Part shown: positions 1 through 13,147 of the stretch, piece after piece
Position numbering within the stretch: the first letter of the stretch is position 1
Layout: the number at the start of each line of letters is the position of its first letter
Origin: Octopus vulgaris
Taxonomy: Eukaryota
Reading direction: 5' to 3'
NCBI GenBank assembly: GCA_951406725.2
Contig: OX597839.1
Coordinates: 16,492,001-16,556,000 of the forward strand
DNA length: 64,000 nt
The notes under the pieces: model-generated
What the model was told of the DNA's origin: nothing
Database searches by the model: none
The model's input: the letters and a program-made list of their open reading frames with translations, nothing else
Position numbers and translations under genes: made by a program

Positions 1-362
1 ATTTGCCCTAAAGTAGAAAATCAGTATGAGAGAGTTCTTTGCCCTTTAACAGGGAGTAGAGGAGGACAAGTGAGTAAGAAAGTTGTTTGCCCTCCAGTAG
101 AGAATAAAAGAGGAAGTTGTTTGCCTTCTAACAGGGAATGCAGAGGGAGTTGTTTACCCTTCTATAAGAAAGTTACACAAAGGAGTTATTTGCCCTTCAA
201 CAGATATTAATGAAAAGAATTATTTGACCCTTTAAGAGAGAGAATTATCTGTTCCTTAATACAAAGTAGAGAAAGGTGAAATTGTTTGCCTTATAACATT
301 GAGTAGTGAAAGGAACTTTTTGCCCTTTGACAGATTTGAGAAAGGAGTGATTTGCCCTTTAA
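1..362. repeat. Degenerate minisatellite, ~35-45 bp unit
   Basis: Recurrent GAGTTGTTTGCCCTT-like core about 9 times; runs off the window start. Confidence 0.75.
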
Positions 363-819
363 ACCTTTAACCACAAAATGAAAATTCATTGTTATTCCAG
401 TAATGAAGTTAAATATGTACTAAAAATAGAATTGATATGTTGTGCAAGTCACATTGCCTCAATATAGTTGACATAACTCAACAAAAAAATAATTTCAAAC
501 ATGACATTTCTCAACATAAGGCAGATGAGTATATAAAACTGCTTTCTGCCATTAAAAATATTAGAATTTTGTGCTGGGTACATCTGACTTTTATAGTAAA
601 AGGGCTAACTTGTTGAGTGACTGCTGCAAACACAAACCCTTGCGTTCCCTTATTATTCTGGAATTTACACTGGTTTTTCCAATTTTCTTGATTCCCTGAA
701 ACTGTGGGACAAAATACTAGTTTTCTATTCCAGTACAAGGGTCAGACAATCTTTCACCCACAAGAACTTACTCACCCTTGACAAAGCTCATACAAGATCC
801 ACAATGCAGGTGGGGCCCA

Positions 820-1183
820 GTTAGAATTTTCTTCGGGTCGAATAGCCTGTCCTACTCAAATGGTCCTTGAATAAGAGTTGTTTAAGGATGTTGAACGAAA
901 CAGCCATGTTTCTAGAGGTGAATTATTCAAACTTCTCAACACACGGCTATGATGCTCCCCCACTACTTCTGCTCGTGATCAGAGATGCACATATTGTCAG
1001 CCAATAAGGGACATGCTCAGCTGGTTAATTTCAAACAACTGACAAGCAAATCTGTGGAATTGAGCAGAATATTTGCTGTAGCCCATCTTTTATGCCAAGA
1101 CAAAACAATGTACATGATAACACCTCCAATCAGTTAAGATCAGAAGCCATGAGAGCCACTGCCTGGTACTGTGACAGAGCATA
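820..1183. mobile_element. Interspersed repeat (SINE/LINE-derived) followed by (ATT)n
   Basis: Shares ~170 bp (TGCTC..CCACTAC..CTGCTC.TGATCAGAG.TGCACA...GAGCAGAATAT) with 23665-23830. Confidence 0.55.
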
Positions 1184-1349
1184 TTATTATTATTATTTAT
1201 TATTATTATTATTATTATTTATTATTATTATTATTTATTATTATTATTATTAATTATTATTATTTATTATTATTATTATTATTATTATTTATTATTTATT
1301 ATTATTATTATTAATTATTATTATTATTAATTATTATTATTATTATTTA

Positions 1350-1385
<36 letters not shown>

Positions 1386-1415
1386 GTTATTATTATTACT
1401 ACTACTACTACTACT
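1184..1415. repeat. (ATT)n/(ACT)n microsatellite
   Basis: Direct reading. Confidence 0.95.
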
Positions 1416-1625
1416 AAGGCAGTGAGGTGGCTGAGTTGTTAGCATACTGTGCAAAGTGGTATTTTGTCTGTCCTTAGGGTCTGGGTTCAAGTACCACTGA
1501 GGTCAACTTTGCTTTCATCATTTCAGGGTCGATAGATCAAGTAGCAGTTGAGCACTGGTGGTTGATGTAATTGATTTTCACCCTCTCCTCAAATTGCTGA
1601 CCTTGTGCCAAAATTAGAAACCATT
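1416..1625 (+). mobile_element. SINE family D (tRNA-like head, Meta-domain-like core)
   Basis: GGTTCAA B-box-like motif, then GGTCAACTTTGCTTTCATCATTTCAGGGTCGATA..AAGTA.CAG; many copies in the window. Confidence 0.7.
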
Positions 1626-2084
1626 ATAACACAGTCCTTTTCTCATTCACACACGCCTGTGGGCGGTGCCTGTTTGTATGTTGATCCTTTGGGTAGTATC
1701 AGTTTACAGTTATGTAGAATGAGCTTTCACCTTGAACCCCCCAAAACCGTATTGTTTAATACAGAAATGGGGAAAATCTTTTAAGTTACATAATATATAT
1801 TAAATAGCTGTATTGAAGCTAACTATTAACTGATATGGTTTCATTTCATAAACAGGAGAAAAAATTAAAAATTCTTGCTAAACCGGTTATTTATAAAATA
1901 CAATTATTCATGAAATTTTAAATAAAATACCATAAAAAAAAGAAAAAAAATTCTCTTACTGAATAAGCACACCCAGTGTAATCTCTTTAATTTTTAATTA
2001 TCATTTTTTTTTTCTTTTCATAAAATTTCTTCAGTTTCCCATGTTTTAAACAATGGTAATTCCTTTAAGCAGTTCTATATATCT

Positions 2085-2990
2085 TTCACTTGTTTCAGTC
2101 ATTAGACTGTGGCCATGCTGGGGCACCACCTTGAATTTTTTAGTCAAATGAATCCACCCCAGTACTTCTTTTTTATGGATGGTCTCTTTGCCAAACCACT
2201 AAGTTACAAGAATACAAACACCGGTTGTCAAAGATTGGGGGGGGGGAGAAACAGAGACAGGGTTTTAGGATTTTAGTGAAACAAATCAACTCCAGTACTT
2301 TTGTTTTCCTTAAAGCCTGACACTTATTCTACCATTTTCTTCGGCCAAATTACTAAGTTACAGGGCTGTCAACACACTAATTACAGCTGTCAATTAGTAA
2401 GTCAAACACACAGATATATACATATACATACGATGGGTTTCTTTCAGTTTCCATCTACCAAATCCACTCGCAAGGTTTTGTCAGCCCACGGCTATAGTAG
2501 GAGACACTTGCACAAGGTGCCGCATGGTGGGACTGAACCCAGAACCATGTAGTTAGGAAGTAAACTTCTTACCATATGGCCATCGCTATAGTAGAGATTT
2601 TTATCACTATAACATACTTAATATGTGTGGAATTGAAAAAGCAAAAGCTGTGAATTTTATTCTAGCAAAAAAAAACCTTATAAACATATTGCTTGAAACG
2701 ACCCCAGAAAGGCCTACAAAGTATTTACAGGTCAGGCCAGGTGTAGGGGCATGTGTCAGTGCATGTGTCACCATTTATCTTTTATCATTACTTGTTTCAG
2801 TCATTGGACTGTGGCCATGCTGGGACACAGCCTTGGAGAATTTTTGGTCATTTTAAGCCTGGTACTTATTTTATTGGTCTCTTTTGCTAAACTGCTAAGT
2901 TATAGGGATGAAAACACACCAGCACTGATTGTCAAGTGGTGGTGGTGGTGGTGGACAAACACAGACACAAATACACACACATATATAAGT
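2085..2990 (-). mobile_element. Cluster of decayed SINE family A copies
   Basis: TTGTTTCAGTCATT..ACTGTGGCCATGCTGG tails and a GGGACTGAACCC head, similar to 3800-4192. Confidence 0.8.
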
Positions 2991-3178
2991 TGAGAACACA
3001 AGATTTAGTGGTAAGACAGTTTGACATCTATTTTTAGCATACAAGGGATCCATATAGTGATCTCCCATACTGTTTATATTTAAATAAAATTCACAGTCGG
3101 ACGTTATTAGGTATGCTGACCACTAGTTGAAATTGATATTGTTTAGAAGTATTATTTAATAACATTAATTTCTACTCT

Positions 3179-3224
<46 letters not shown>

Positions 3225-3484
3225 AATGATAATGATGATAATAATAATAATAATAATAATATTAGGGAGTATAAATCCAAACTTACAGGGAAAAATTCAA
3301 TTTAGTATTAAATCAAATTTTACAATATAAATGTATATAAGTTAGAGAAAAACCACTATTATGTAATTCAAACAATGATAGACATAAATTACACCATATA
3401 GAAAAAATAAAATATATGATAAAACATTTATCTAGATCACAAAAAGTACATAATAATAAATAAACAGTATATAATAAGTAGAAA

Positions 3485-3590
3485 GACTACGTACGTTTCA
3501 TGGCTATAACGTCAATTCGAATTACAATTAAATTTAAATTAAATCGATCCAAAAACAATTCAATTTAAAAATATAGTCACTCCTCAGGTC
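3485..3590 (-). ncRNA. Hammerhead ribozyme-like motif (type I, Penelope-like, short palindromic stem III)
   Basis: Minus strand reads gac-CTGAGGA-gtgactata...tatagccat-GAAAC-gtac-GTA-gtc. Core intact; stems I (3 bp), II and III pair. Confidence 0.6.
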
Positions 3591-3799
3591 AACAATAATA
3601 GTAAAATAAATACATATTTTTAATAAATAATCAAACAGAATTAAACAATATTTCTTAAAGAAATAAAAACATGATTCTTCTTATAGAAGAAACTCCGTTA
3701 ACTAAATTTGAAACTGAAAAAGTAGGACCAGGTGTTTATAATACATTTATCACGTTATAAACCTAGCGTAAAAAAAAATAGAGTAAATAGATAGAAATT

Positions 3800-4192
3800 C
3801 TCTTTACTCTTTTACTTGTTTCAGTCATTCGACTGCAGCCATGCTGGAGCACTGCCTTTAATCGAGCAAATCGACCCCGGGACTTATTCTTTGTAAGCCC
3901 AGTACTTATTCTATCGGTCTCTTTTGCCGAACCGCTAAGTGACGGGGACGTAAACACACCAGCATCGGTTGTCAAGCAATGCTAGGGGGACAAACACAGA
4001 CACACACACACACATATATATATACATATATACAACAGGCTTCTTTCAGTTTCCGTCTACCAAATCCACTCACAAGGCATTGGTCGGCCCGGGGCTATAG
4101 CAGAAGACACTTGCCCAAGATGCCACGCAGTGGGACTGAACCCGGAACCATGTGGTTGGTTAGCAAGCTACTTACCACACAGCCACTCCTGT
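3800..4192 (-). mobile_element. SINE family A, full length (tRNA-derived, central (TA)/(CA) linker)
   Basis: Reverse complement of 63586-63970. A-box TGGCTGTGTGG, B-box GGTTCAGTCCC, CORE-like CTTGGGCAAGTGTCTT. Confidence 0.9.
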
Positions 4193-4199
4193 GGCATTT

Positions 4200-6830
4200 T
4201 ATCTGTGAAGATATATCTTAGCTTTGAAAATTATTTAAACAAACTATAGTATATCTTTGGGAAAATATAAGAGTCCAATTATTTAAAAGAAAATACTTAA
4301 AATACATCATATACTTAAGTTAAGCTAAATTACTATAAGTTAATCTATATTTATTTATTTATTAAAAAAACATCAAATTTGATCCAATTCTATGTATTTA
4401 ACCCTATACAAACATGTGTAGACTTCTAATATATCTTATATCAACAATGCTGCAGCCACAACCAAGCAATAGTATTTTGTATATATTTCAAAAATATACT
4501 CACAAATAATTAAAACTTGTTATATAAGTAAATTAATTTATGTCTATAACTAATATTTCGTTTATTGATAGAATAAACAAAGTACTTATTATTATTATTA
4601 AATTCAATAGTATATAAAGAAAAAAACTTTTCACTACCTATAATATTATAATATTTTACATTACAAACTATTTCAGAAAGCAACTACAAATAATACTTTT
4701 AGATTTTAGTTTACTTATAATAATTAAATAATAAGAATAATTAAATAAATGTATGTATCTTAAATTGTAATTAACAAATAAAAAAAATTAGAAATACATA
4801 TTTTATTTAATCAATAATCATATAAATTTCACCATTATTTCTTAAACAAAATGTATACATATTTTTTTCAAAGATATTTTATAAACTAAAAAATTTTGAA
4901 TTAAAATCGTATAACTTAACATTTATATGTCTAGATCTAATATTTCGCTTATTGAGGGAATAAATGAAAGTACTTATTATTATTAAATTCAATAGTACAT
5001 GTGGTAGGTAGCTTGCTTACCAACCACATGGTTCCGGGTTCAGTCCCACTCTGTGGCACCTTGGGCAAGTATCTTCTACTATAGCCTCGGGCTGACCAAA
5101 GCCTTGTGAGAGGATTTGGTAGACGGAAACTGAAAGAAGCTTGTATATATATATATATGTTTGTGTGTCTGTGTTTGTTCCCCCAATATCGCTTGACAAC
5201 CGATGCTGGTGTGTTTACGTCCCTGTAACTTAGCGGTTCAGCAAAAGAGACCGATAGAATAAGTACTAGGCTTACAAAGATTAAGTCCTAGGATTGATTT
5301 GCTCAACTAAACGCGGTGCTCCAGCATGGCTGAAGTCAAATGACTGAAACAAGTAAAGAGAGTACTACCTATAATATAATATTTTACATTACAAACTATT
5401 TCACAAAGCAACCACAGTTAATGCTTTTAGATTTTAGTTCACATATAATGATTATAATAATAAGAATAATTAAATAAATGTACGTATGTAAATTATAATT
5501 AACAAATAAAAAAATTAGAAATCCATATTTTTTCAATCAATAAGCATATAAATTACACCATTATTTCTTAAATAAATGGTATACTTATCTTTTCGAAGAT
5601 ATTTTATGAACTAAAAATTTCAAAACTCAAAATGTATTACTTAGCATTTTAAAATTTACTCGTGAAGACGTGGCTTAAATAAATAGAACAAATAGATAGA
5701 AATATGCATTTTATCAATGAAAATTACAAAATATGTTTTAGCTTTGACAAGAAGAGAATAAAATCACAAAACTATAAGATATCATTAACGGGAAACTTCA
5801 AAAGTCCAAATAATTACTACAAAAATATGTAAAATACATAATATACTTAAATGAATTAATATAACTATAATTTAATATATATTCTGTATTACCCTTATAC
5901 TTATTTACTTGTTTCAGTCATCTAAATGTGGTCATGCTGGAGCACCACCTCCATTCAAACAAATCGAGCCCAAGACCCATTCTATGCAAGCTTGGTACTT
6001 ATTCTATCGGTCTCAATTTTCAAACCACTAAGTTAATATACTTAAGTTAATCTAAATAACTATAATTTAATCAATATTCATTAATTAAATAAACATCTAA
6101 AATTAATCTGATTCTAAATATTTAATAAACCTTATATAAACTCATGTTGACTTATATACAAAACACTACCACAAACCAAAACTACAACATCACAAATACA
6201 AAATATGTTTTATTTATCAAATAAATACTCCCAAATAAATCCTCACAACTTATATAACTAAATTAATTTATGTCTAAATCTAATATTTCGCTCATTAAGG
6301 GAATAAACAAAATACTTACTATTATTATTAAATTAAATAGTACATTAAAAAAAAAACAACTTATTACTACCTATTCAATAATATTTTACATTACAAACTA
6401 TTTCCCAAAGTAATTATACTTAATACTTTTATATTTTAGTTCATATATAATAATTATAATAATAATAATAAATTTAACTAATGTATTTTAATTTAACTTT
6501 AAAAAAAAAAAAATGAACGAACCAGTGAGTTTAGTTTAATGGCCTACCAATGTATACTATGAGTTTCTTTGCCCTAGGAGTCGGGAAGACACTCGGCAAG
6601 AAATGGAAGCAAATTTGAAAGAAGAGGAAAAAAAGATAACAATAATAATAATAATAATAATAAAATTACTATCATTAATCTATATTCATTAATTAAATTA
6701 TATATTTATTAAATAAACATCTAAGTTTAATCTAATTCTATTTAATAAACCCTATACAAAACTAGTATTGACTTATAATCAAAATGCTACTACAAAACTA
6801 CAACCACAACACTATATTAATTAATTTATT
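4200..6830. repeat. Degenerate AT-rich tandem array (3-4 partial copies of a several-hundred-bp unit), interrupted by SINEs
   Basis: TTTATGTCTA..TCTAATATTTCG....ATT.A..GAATAAA recurs at ~4540, ~4925 and ~6270. TACTACCTAT...TTTTACATTACAAACTATTTC recurs at ~4635, ~5365 and ~6365. Confidence 0.7.
5000..5362 (+). mobile_element. SINE family A
   Basis: GTGGTAGGTAGCTTGCTTACCAACCACATGGTTCCGGGTTCAGTCCC...GACTGAAACAAGTAAAGAG. Confidence 0.9.
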
Positions 6831-7454
6831 TATTTATTTAATAATAAATATTTAATTTAAACTTACTTAATTATGTCATATACAATCACATGCTAATTTA
6901 TAGTGTTGAATTGGTGCAATTCTTAGTAATAAAAGGTCATCCCTATATAAACCACCCTCCAACTTTACATTTTCTAATTTAAGTTCAGATAATAAATAAA
7001 TACCTACTAAATCAGTAGCTTGAAACTGAATTGTTTTTGGATCATTTAAATTTAATTGTAATTCAAATTGAATTAGTCTATTTACTAATTATATACTGTT
7101 TATTTATTATTATGTACTTTATTGTGATCTAGATAAATGTTTTATCATATATTTTATTTTTTCTATATGGTGTGATTTACGTCTATCATCGTTTGAATTA
7201 CATAATAGTGGTTATTTCTCTAATTTATATATATATATAAATTCTTTAAAAGAGTGTACAAAACTACTTGGACCAGTTCATGACCTAGAAAGACGCCAAG
7301 TTCTGGGAGGGTGGAATCATGAAGCTGCCTCAAATATGACAAAAGGTAGTGGAACAAAATGGACAATATGTGGTTGAGTGTGTACAACTATACTGTCAAT
7401 GAATTTTACTTAAAAAACGTTACAAACTTTTTTAACCAACCCAGTATATATATA

Positions 7455-7726
7455 TCACCTTGATCACCTTGACCGACCAGTCCGTCAGGCGTCCATTTGA
7501 CAACACTGGTCACAGCACGCTGTCCACTCCTCTCTGGATCGCGCCTTTCTCATCCACGTGATCCCAATCGTCCTCCTGAAATCGTAACTCCACCGTCGTG
7601 GAGGTCTTCTGGGTGGTCTTTTCCGCTCACGCGGGTACCACTCGATAACTGTGTGCGTCCACCGATTATCGGTGAGCCGGGCGACGTGTCCAGCCCATCT
7701 ATACTTGCTGCATGTATACTCTGCGA
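7455..7726 (-). mobile_element. 3' end of an RTE-clade LINE
   Basis: Minus frame reads KYRWAGHVARLTDNRWT..EWYPRERKRPPRRPPRRW..WMRKARSREEW, typical of the RTE ORF C-terminus. Short 3'UTR ends in TCAAGGTGA repeats. Confidence 0.85.
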
Positions 7727-8900
7727 TATATATATATATGTGTGTGTATATATGATAAGCTTCTTTCAGTTTCCATTTATCAAATCCACTCACAAGGCAT
7801 TGGTCAGCCTGACGCTATAGTTGAAAACACTCGTCCTACAACACCAATAACAACATCACCAACACCACCATCACAATCACCACTATCAACAACAACATCC
7901 AACACTCCAAATACCTTCACAAACAGCCAAGTCCATCTCCACCACCACCACCATTACCATCACCACCATAGCAGTGTGTTTGTGTTGGTCCAGTTGTAGG
8001 AAACAACTGCCTGGACAGCCCTGGACTTGGATCATCAAACATTCCTCAGCCTTCTCTGCACCTCCCACCACATACACACACACACACACACTCACTCATC
8101 TGCTCTGCCCTCATCACTTCTTCCTCAAAAACTTTTATATGAGAAAATTCAAGGTGAAAGAGACATGAAAATGTCAATAGTATTCAAAGCAGCTCAACAC
8201 AACATAGCTGTACACACACACACACACACATGCCTGAAGGGCGCACCTGAAAGACAGACAGATCAGGTCACAGGCAGCGTTATTAGTAGTAGTGGTGGTG
8301 GTGGTGTTGGCGGTGGTCTTGTTGATATTGGTGTTGGGAGTGGATGGGCATTGTTTTAGTTTTTCTGTTGATATTGGCAGTGGTGGTGGTGGTGGTGGTG
8401 GGTGTCATGGTGATGGTGGCGGTGTTAATTATGTGGTTAGTATTGATGGTGGTAGTGGTAGTGGTGGCGGTGATGGTAGTATCGTCATTGCTTTCATTCT
8501 CTATAATAGCTCAGGTTGTAGTGGTGATGGTGGTGGCGGCGATGGCAACAACACAGGGAAGGATGATTTAAGTGCTTTATATAAATGGAATGCAAGAAAT
8601 ATCTGTTCACACCTCAATGCTCCAAATTTGAATGAGAGCCAAACTGGAAACTATACCGTATCAGTTGTTGTTATTGGGTTGTAAGTCAGCCTCTATCGAG
8701 CCAGAATTATGAAGAATTTTTAGTCGAATGATTCAACCCCAGCACTTTTATTTTATTTAATTTTTTTTTTAAGCCTGGTACTTACTCTATTGGTCCCTTT
8801 GCCAAATTGCTACGTTATGGGGACATAAACACACCAACACCTGTTGTCAAGCGGTGGAGGGGGGTAAACACAGACACAAAGCCACACACACGGATATATA

Positions 8901-10042
8901 TGAAGGAGTGCTGAAAAGTTCCTGGCTTTGGGAAAAAGAAAATACAGTTAATTATGGTTTTATTCATGTACTTTTATTGCATGAGTTCAAGCTTGGGTAC
9001 AATGCCTCCCAAACTGCAGCCAATATCAACAGAGCATGGGGAGAGTGACCCCCAGGTGATCACACAGTACGAAGGTGGTTTCAGAAATTCTGGAGTGGTG
9101 ATGAGAGCCCTGAAGATGAAGAAGGTAGAGGACGGTCATACAGTCTTGACAATGAACAACTGAATGCAATTGTTGAACAAAACCCACATCAAAGTGTCAG
9201 AGAAATGTCTCGGGCACTTGGCGTCGGTATTGCAACAGTCTCACGCAATCTGCAGAAGATTGGTAAGGTGAATAAGCTCGATAAATGAGTACTGTATGTG
9301 CTCAATGAAAATCAAAAATTCAGCATTTTGAAGTGTGCTCGATGCTTTTTCTGCGAAACACCAATGATCCTTTTTTATGACCGAATAGTCACTTGTGAGG
9401 AAAAGCGGATCCTTTATGATAACCGTAAACAATCAGGTCAATGGCTTGATCATGATGCACCCCCAAACATTTCCCAAAGCCTAAGTTGCATCAGCAAAAG
9501 ATTATGGTGACTGTCTGGTGATCTGCAATTGGTGTTGTCCATTACAGCTTTCTGGAAGCCAATTAGAGCAATACAGCAGAGGTTTACTGCAATTAACTAG
9601 CTGAAACGCATGCTCACTTGCAAAAAATGAGACCTGCATTAGTGAATCGGCATGGCCCAATTCTGCTCCACCATAATGCAAAGCCACATGTTGCAAGAAT
9701 GACGCTGCAGAAACTCAAAGACTCGGGAGACGAAACTTTACCACATCCTCCATATTCTCCTGATCTTTCACCCACTGACTACCATTTTTTAAGCATTTAA
9801 ACACGTTTTTAAGTGAAAAAACTTTCAGGTCCAAACCAGAGGTGGAATCAGCTTTCAAAGATTTCTTAGCATCAAAGCCAATAAGTTTTTATCAAAGAGG
9901 CATAAATAATCTCGTTAATCGATGGCAGAGATGCATAGATGTTCATGGCTCATACCTTGACTAATCAAAACATTTCTATTGTTAATTTTTCCAGAATAAA
10001 ATTATATTTCTGAAATCAGCTATTATTTTCGGAACAACCTAA
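8901..10042 (+). mobile_element. Decayed mariner (DD34D) transposon
   Basis: Frame-broken transposase: HEFKLGYNASQTAANINRAWGE, RIVTCEEKRILYDN, LLHHNAKPH, HPPYSPDLSPTDYH, RWQRCIDVHGSYLD*. 3' TIR ...TTCGGAACAACCTAA followed by TA. Confidence 0.92.
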
Positions 10043-10312
10043 TAAAAGAGACGATTTATATTTTCGTCAAAAATTTTATAGCCATATTGTACATCATCAA
10101 GCAATTTCAAAAGAGGTATTAAGGCTAGACAAGAGAGGAGTGGTTATAGAGAGTCAACCTGGAAAATACATGAAATTCTTACTTCCCTATCACTGAAAGA
10201 TTCATTGTCATTATTCAAAGTCAATGTTGTTTTCCATGATCTCATACTTACAGATGAGAAGTTTCACAGAGTAGGTTCTATATTATAAATTATTATTATT
10301 ATTATTTCCCAG

Positions 10313-10473
10313 ATTATAATGGACTTTTACAATGAGACGTATGCGGAGAGAAGCGATAGTGCTCCATCAAAGGAGTTTATAACTATGCAGTGGTCCCTCA
10401 CTGTATCACTGTTTGTTGCGTTTGGCATGATTGGATCTTTTGTATCAGGAATGATGGCTGATCGATTTGGGAG
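10313..10473 (+). CDS. SLC2A-like: SLC2A/GLUT sugar transporter, internal coding exon A (161 nt)
   Basis: cag|ATT...GGGAG|gtaag. Translates IIMDFYNETYAERSDSAPSKEFITMQWSLTVSLFVAFGMIGSFVSGMMADRFGR, matching GLUT exofacial loop 1 with N-glycosylation sequon NET, TM2 and the DRFGR motif. Confidence 0.95.
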
Positions 10474-10608
10474 GTAAGTAACTTCAATGTTTATCAAAGA
10501 ATTCTTATTTCTAATGGGGGTTTTATTTAAAAGTAACCACTAAATTTGGATTTTGTTTTTTGTTTTGTTCTTTTAATATAATTTATTTTGTCACTCTTCT
10601 TTATTCAG

Positions 10609-10733
10609 GAAGAAAAGTATGTTGTTAATTACGGTAATTATGTTTCTGGCTGCCATTACTGGTGGAATCACGAAAACTGCTAAGGCTCCAGAATGTCTTA
10701 TGATATCCAGAATGTTAGTTGGTCTTCACAGTG
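10609..10733 (+). CDS. SLC2A-like: SLC2A/GLUT exon B (125 nt)
   Basis: ttcag|G...AGTG|gtaag. Translates KKSMLLITVIMFLAAITGGITKTAKAPECLMISRMLVGLHSG (TM3-TM4). Phase 2 in, phase 1 out. Confidence 0.95.
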
Positions 10734-11044
10734 GTAAGTAGTGGCTCTTTATTGTTATTATTACAGCTACTGTAGTAGTAGTAGTAGTAGTAGTCATTGT
10801 GGTCGTCTTTGTTGTCCTCATTGTAGTAGTAGCAGCAGTAGTAGTAGTGCTATACTTGTTACTAAATAGGATCAAGAAACAAGTGTGACCATATTGTGGT
10901 GCCCCTCAAAAGCGCTCAAGAATTTTCAGCCTTAGTTATGCTGTGAAGGACTGTTTATCCTTAGTCATTGAGATACCTCTGATATGATGCATAACCATTT
11001 ATCTATCATCTAAAGGTGTTTATCCTCTTTCAAGGCAATTGGCC

Positions 11045-11350
11045 TATTGACTAGGGGTATTCAGCTCAGTCATAATGTAATGAGTTCAATTCCGGGCTGT
11101 GCATTGTGTCCTAGAACAAGACATTTTATTCCTCATTGCTCCAGTCCAGTCAGCTGGCAAAAATGAGTTGTACCTGTAATTCAAAGGGTCAGCTTGTCAC
11201 ACTCAGTGTCACATTGAATCTCCCTGAGAGCTCATTAAGGGTACGCATGTCTGTGGAGTGCTCATCCACTTGCAAATTAATTTCATGAGCAAGCTACTCA
11301 GTTGATCATAATCCTATCAACTGGAACATTCATTGTCTTAATCGGCAGAG
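11045..11350 (+). mobile_element. SINE family C (tRNA head, CORE-like TGTGTCCTTGAGCAAGAC)
   Basis: Similar to 37660-37970 and 47965-48100. Confidence 0.75.
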
Positions 11351-12214
11351 AGCCAGGCTATTTGTCCTCTTTAAAGATCCCTATCTCATCAGTTGAGAAT
11401 GGAGTGGTGTGAATGATGTAATCATAGAGTACCAAAAGCACAAGTTCCACTGTGCCAGATATGTCACATGGTTCAAAGACTACAGGGGGACCTGTGCAGT
11501 TGCCGAGTGGTATCCAAGAGATCAGAAGAGGCCATTTGGAAAACAATGGCTCATTCAAGACAGAATTATAGGCACATTGTGACCATCAGAGTATAACAGT
11601 ATCTGATGGTCTGATCAATACAGTGCTACCATGTTATATATCATATTATATTATATTACATATTATATACATGTGTGTATGTATATATCTATATCTATTG
11701 CAACTGCCTCTGACGAGCACAGGGATACAGAATCACACTGTTACCTAACACTCCGTTGAACCCTAGTGTGAAACTGACTGGTCAAATTGGCCATAATGGA
11801 TATATAATAATGTACACTTCAATTAAAATATGTATGTTTAGTTAAGATATTCAGGTAGTGGTAGTAGTAGGTGGTGGTGATTTTGGTTGTAGTAGTGATG
11901 GTAATGTTAGTTGTGTACATAGCAGTTAGTGCTGATGCTGGTGGTGTTGGTGGAGTGAAGAGCTAGGAGTGGGATAACTTTCTATTGTTTTCATTTTTAA
12001 AGACAACCTCTTTCCCACTTATAATCTTTTTGTGTGCAGAGGAGGCAACTCCATTGCTAATTATTTTTAATTGCCTTTTTATGTTTTCCTTATTAATAAC
12101 ACAAATACAAAGCCCAACTGTGTCTCTGTTTATCTATTTGTATCCCACCATGTAATTATTTCTAGTTAGCTTTCTGATGCTCCCTGCTTGACACCAACCT
12201 AAATGCCTATCTTT

Positions 12215-12400
12215 CCGGCTATTTGTCAATCTATCTATGTCTGTCTATCTACCTGTCTTTCTGTTTGTCTGCCTGTCAGTCTGTCTGTCTATCTACCTGT
12301 CTTTCTGTTTGTCTGCCTCTATTTGCCTGCCTGTCAGTCTCTCTGTCCATCAGTCTATCTATCTTCTATACTTCGGTCTATCTGTCTTCTATACCAGTGT
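12215..12400. repeat. (TCTG/TCTA)n degenerate microsatellite
   Basis: Direct reading. Confidence 0.85.
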
Positions 12401-12936
12401 TCTGCAACTGGTGTGCCTCAGTGTAACCTGAATATAATTTTTCCTCCTATACTTTTAGTTATATTTTTAGCTCAGATGTGCAGCCAAATTTTGAAAAGAA
12501 TCTAAGTGTACTGCAAATAAAGAAAAGGTTGCGGAACACTGAGCTGTACATCAGTCTATCTGTCTTCTCTATCTCGGTCTATGTGTCTGTCTTTCTATCT
12601 ATTTGCCTATCTACCTCATTACACATTTCTTACTACATTTTTTAATGCTCCTTACTCTAAATCTGCTCACACTAACTTAACTATTGTTTGCTTTCATTTT
12701 ACCTCAACACTAATAAACTCCTAACTTCAAAGTAGCAGCTAGACCTCACAGTAATAAACTCCCAGCTTCCTTTAAAACTGGAGTCTCAAATAACCACAAG
12801 CTACCGGCGAAACTTCTCCATCAACAAACTTCATGTCTTTATAACTGTTAACCTCACAATCCAGTGGAAGTGATTTTGTTTTGTCACTTAACCTTCTCTA
12901 TATAACAGCCAAATCTGGTCTATTATTATATTTCAG

Positions 12937-13077
12937 GTGTCAATATTGGTCTGGCATCACTGTATCTTGCTGAGATTGCACCAAAAGAAATCCGTGGTGC
13001 TGTTGGAACATGTCACCAGTTGGCCATCACTATTGGCATTTTGCTAGCCCAAATTCTGGGTCTAGAGGAGCTTATGG
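12937..13077 (+). CDS. SLC2A-like: SLC2A/GLUT exon C (141 nt)
   Basis: ttcag|GT...ATGG|gtatg. Translates [47 protein letters not shown], containing the sugar-porter ExxPxxxRG motif and TM5 Gln. Confidence 0.95.
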
Positions 13078-13147
13078 GTATGTATCTTCTATCTTTTATT
13101 CTGCTGATCCTCTTAGTTCACATTTTTTTTCTTTGTACTGTTAATGG

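Noticed and set aside
7840-8684. His/Thr-rich and Gly/Val-rich ORFs; HLNAP resembling GLUT INAP
   Set aside because: These are (CAC)n/(GGT)n low-complexity tracts. There is no TM1 GYNTG motif or suitable splice sites, so this is not the missing 5' exon.
1-10312. Search for the GLUT start and TM1 exons and the promoter
   Set aside because: No exon encoding a FGYNxGVxNxP-like segment was found by eye; it is probably upstream of the window.
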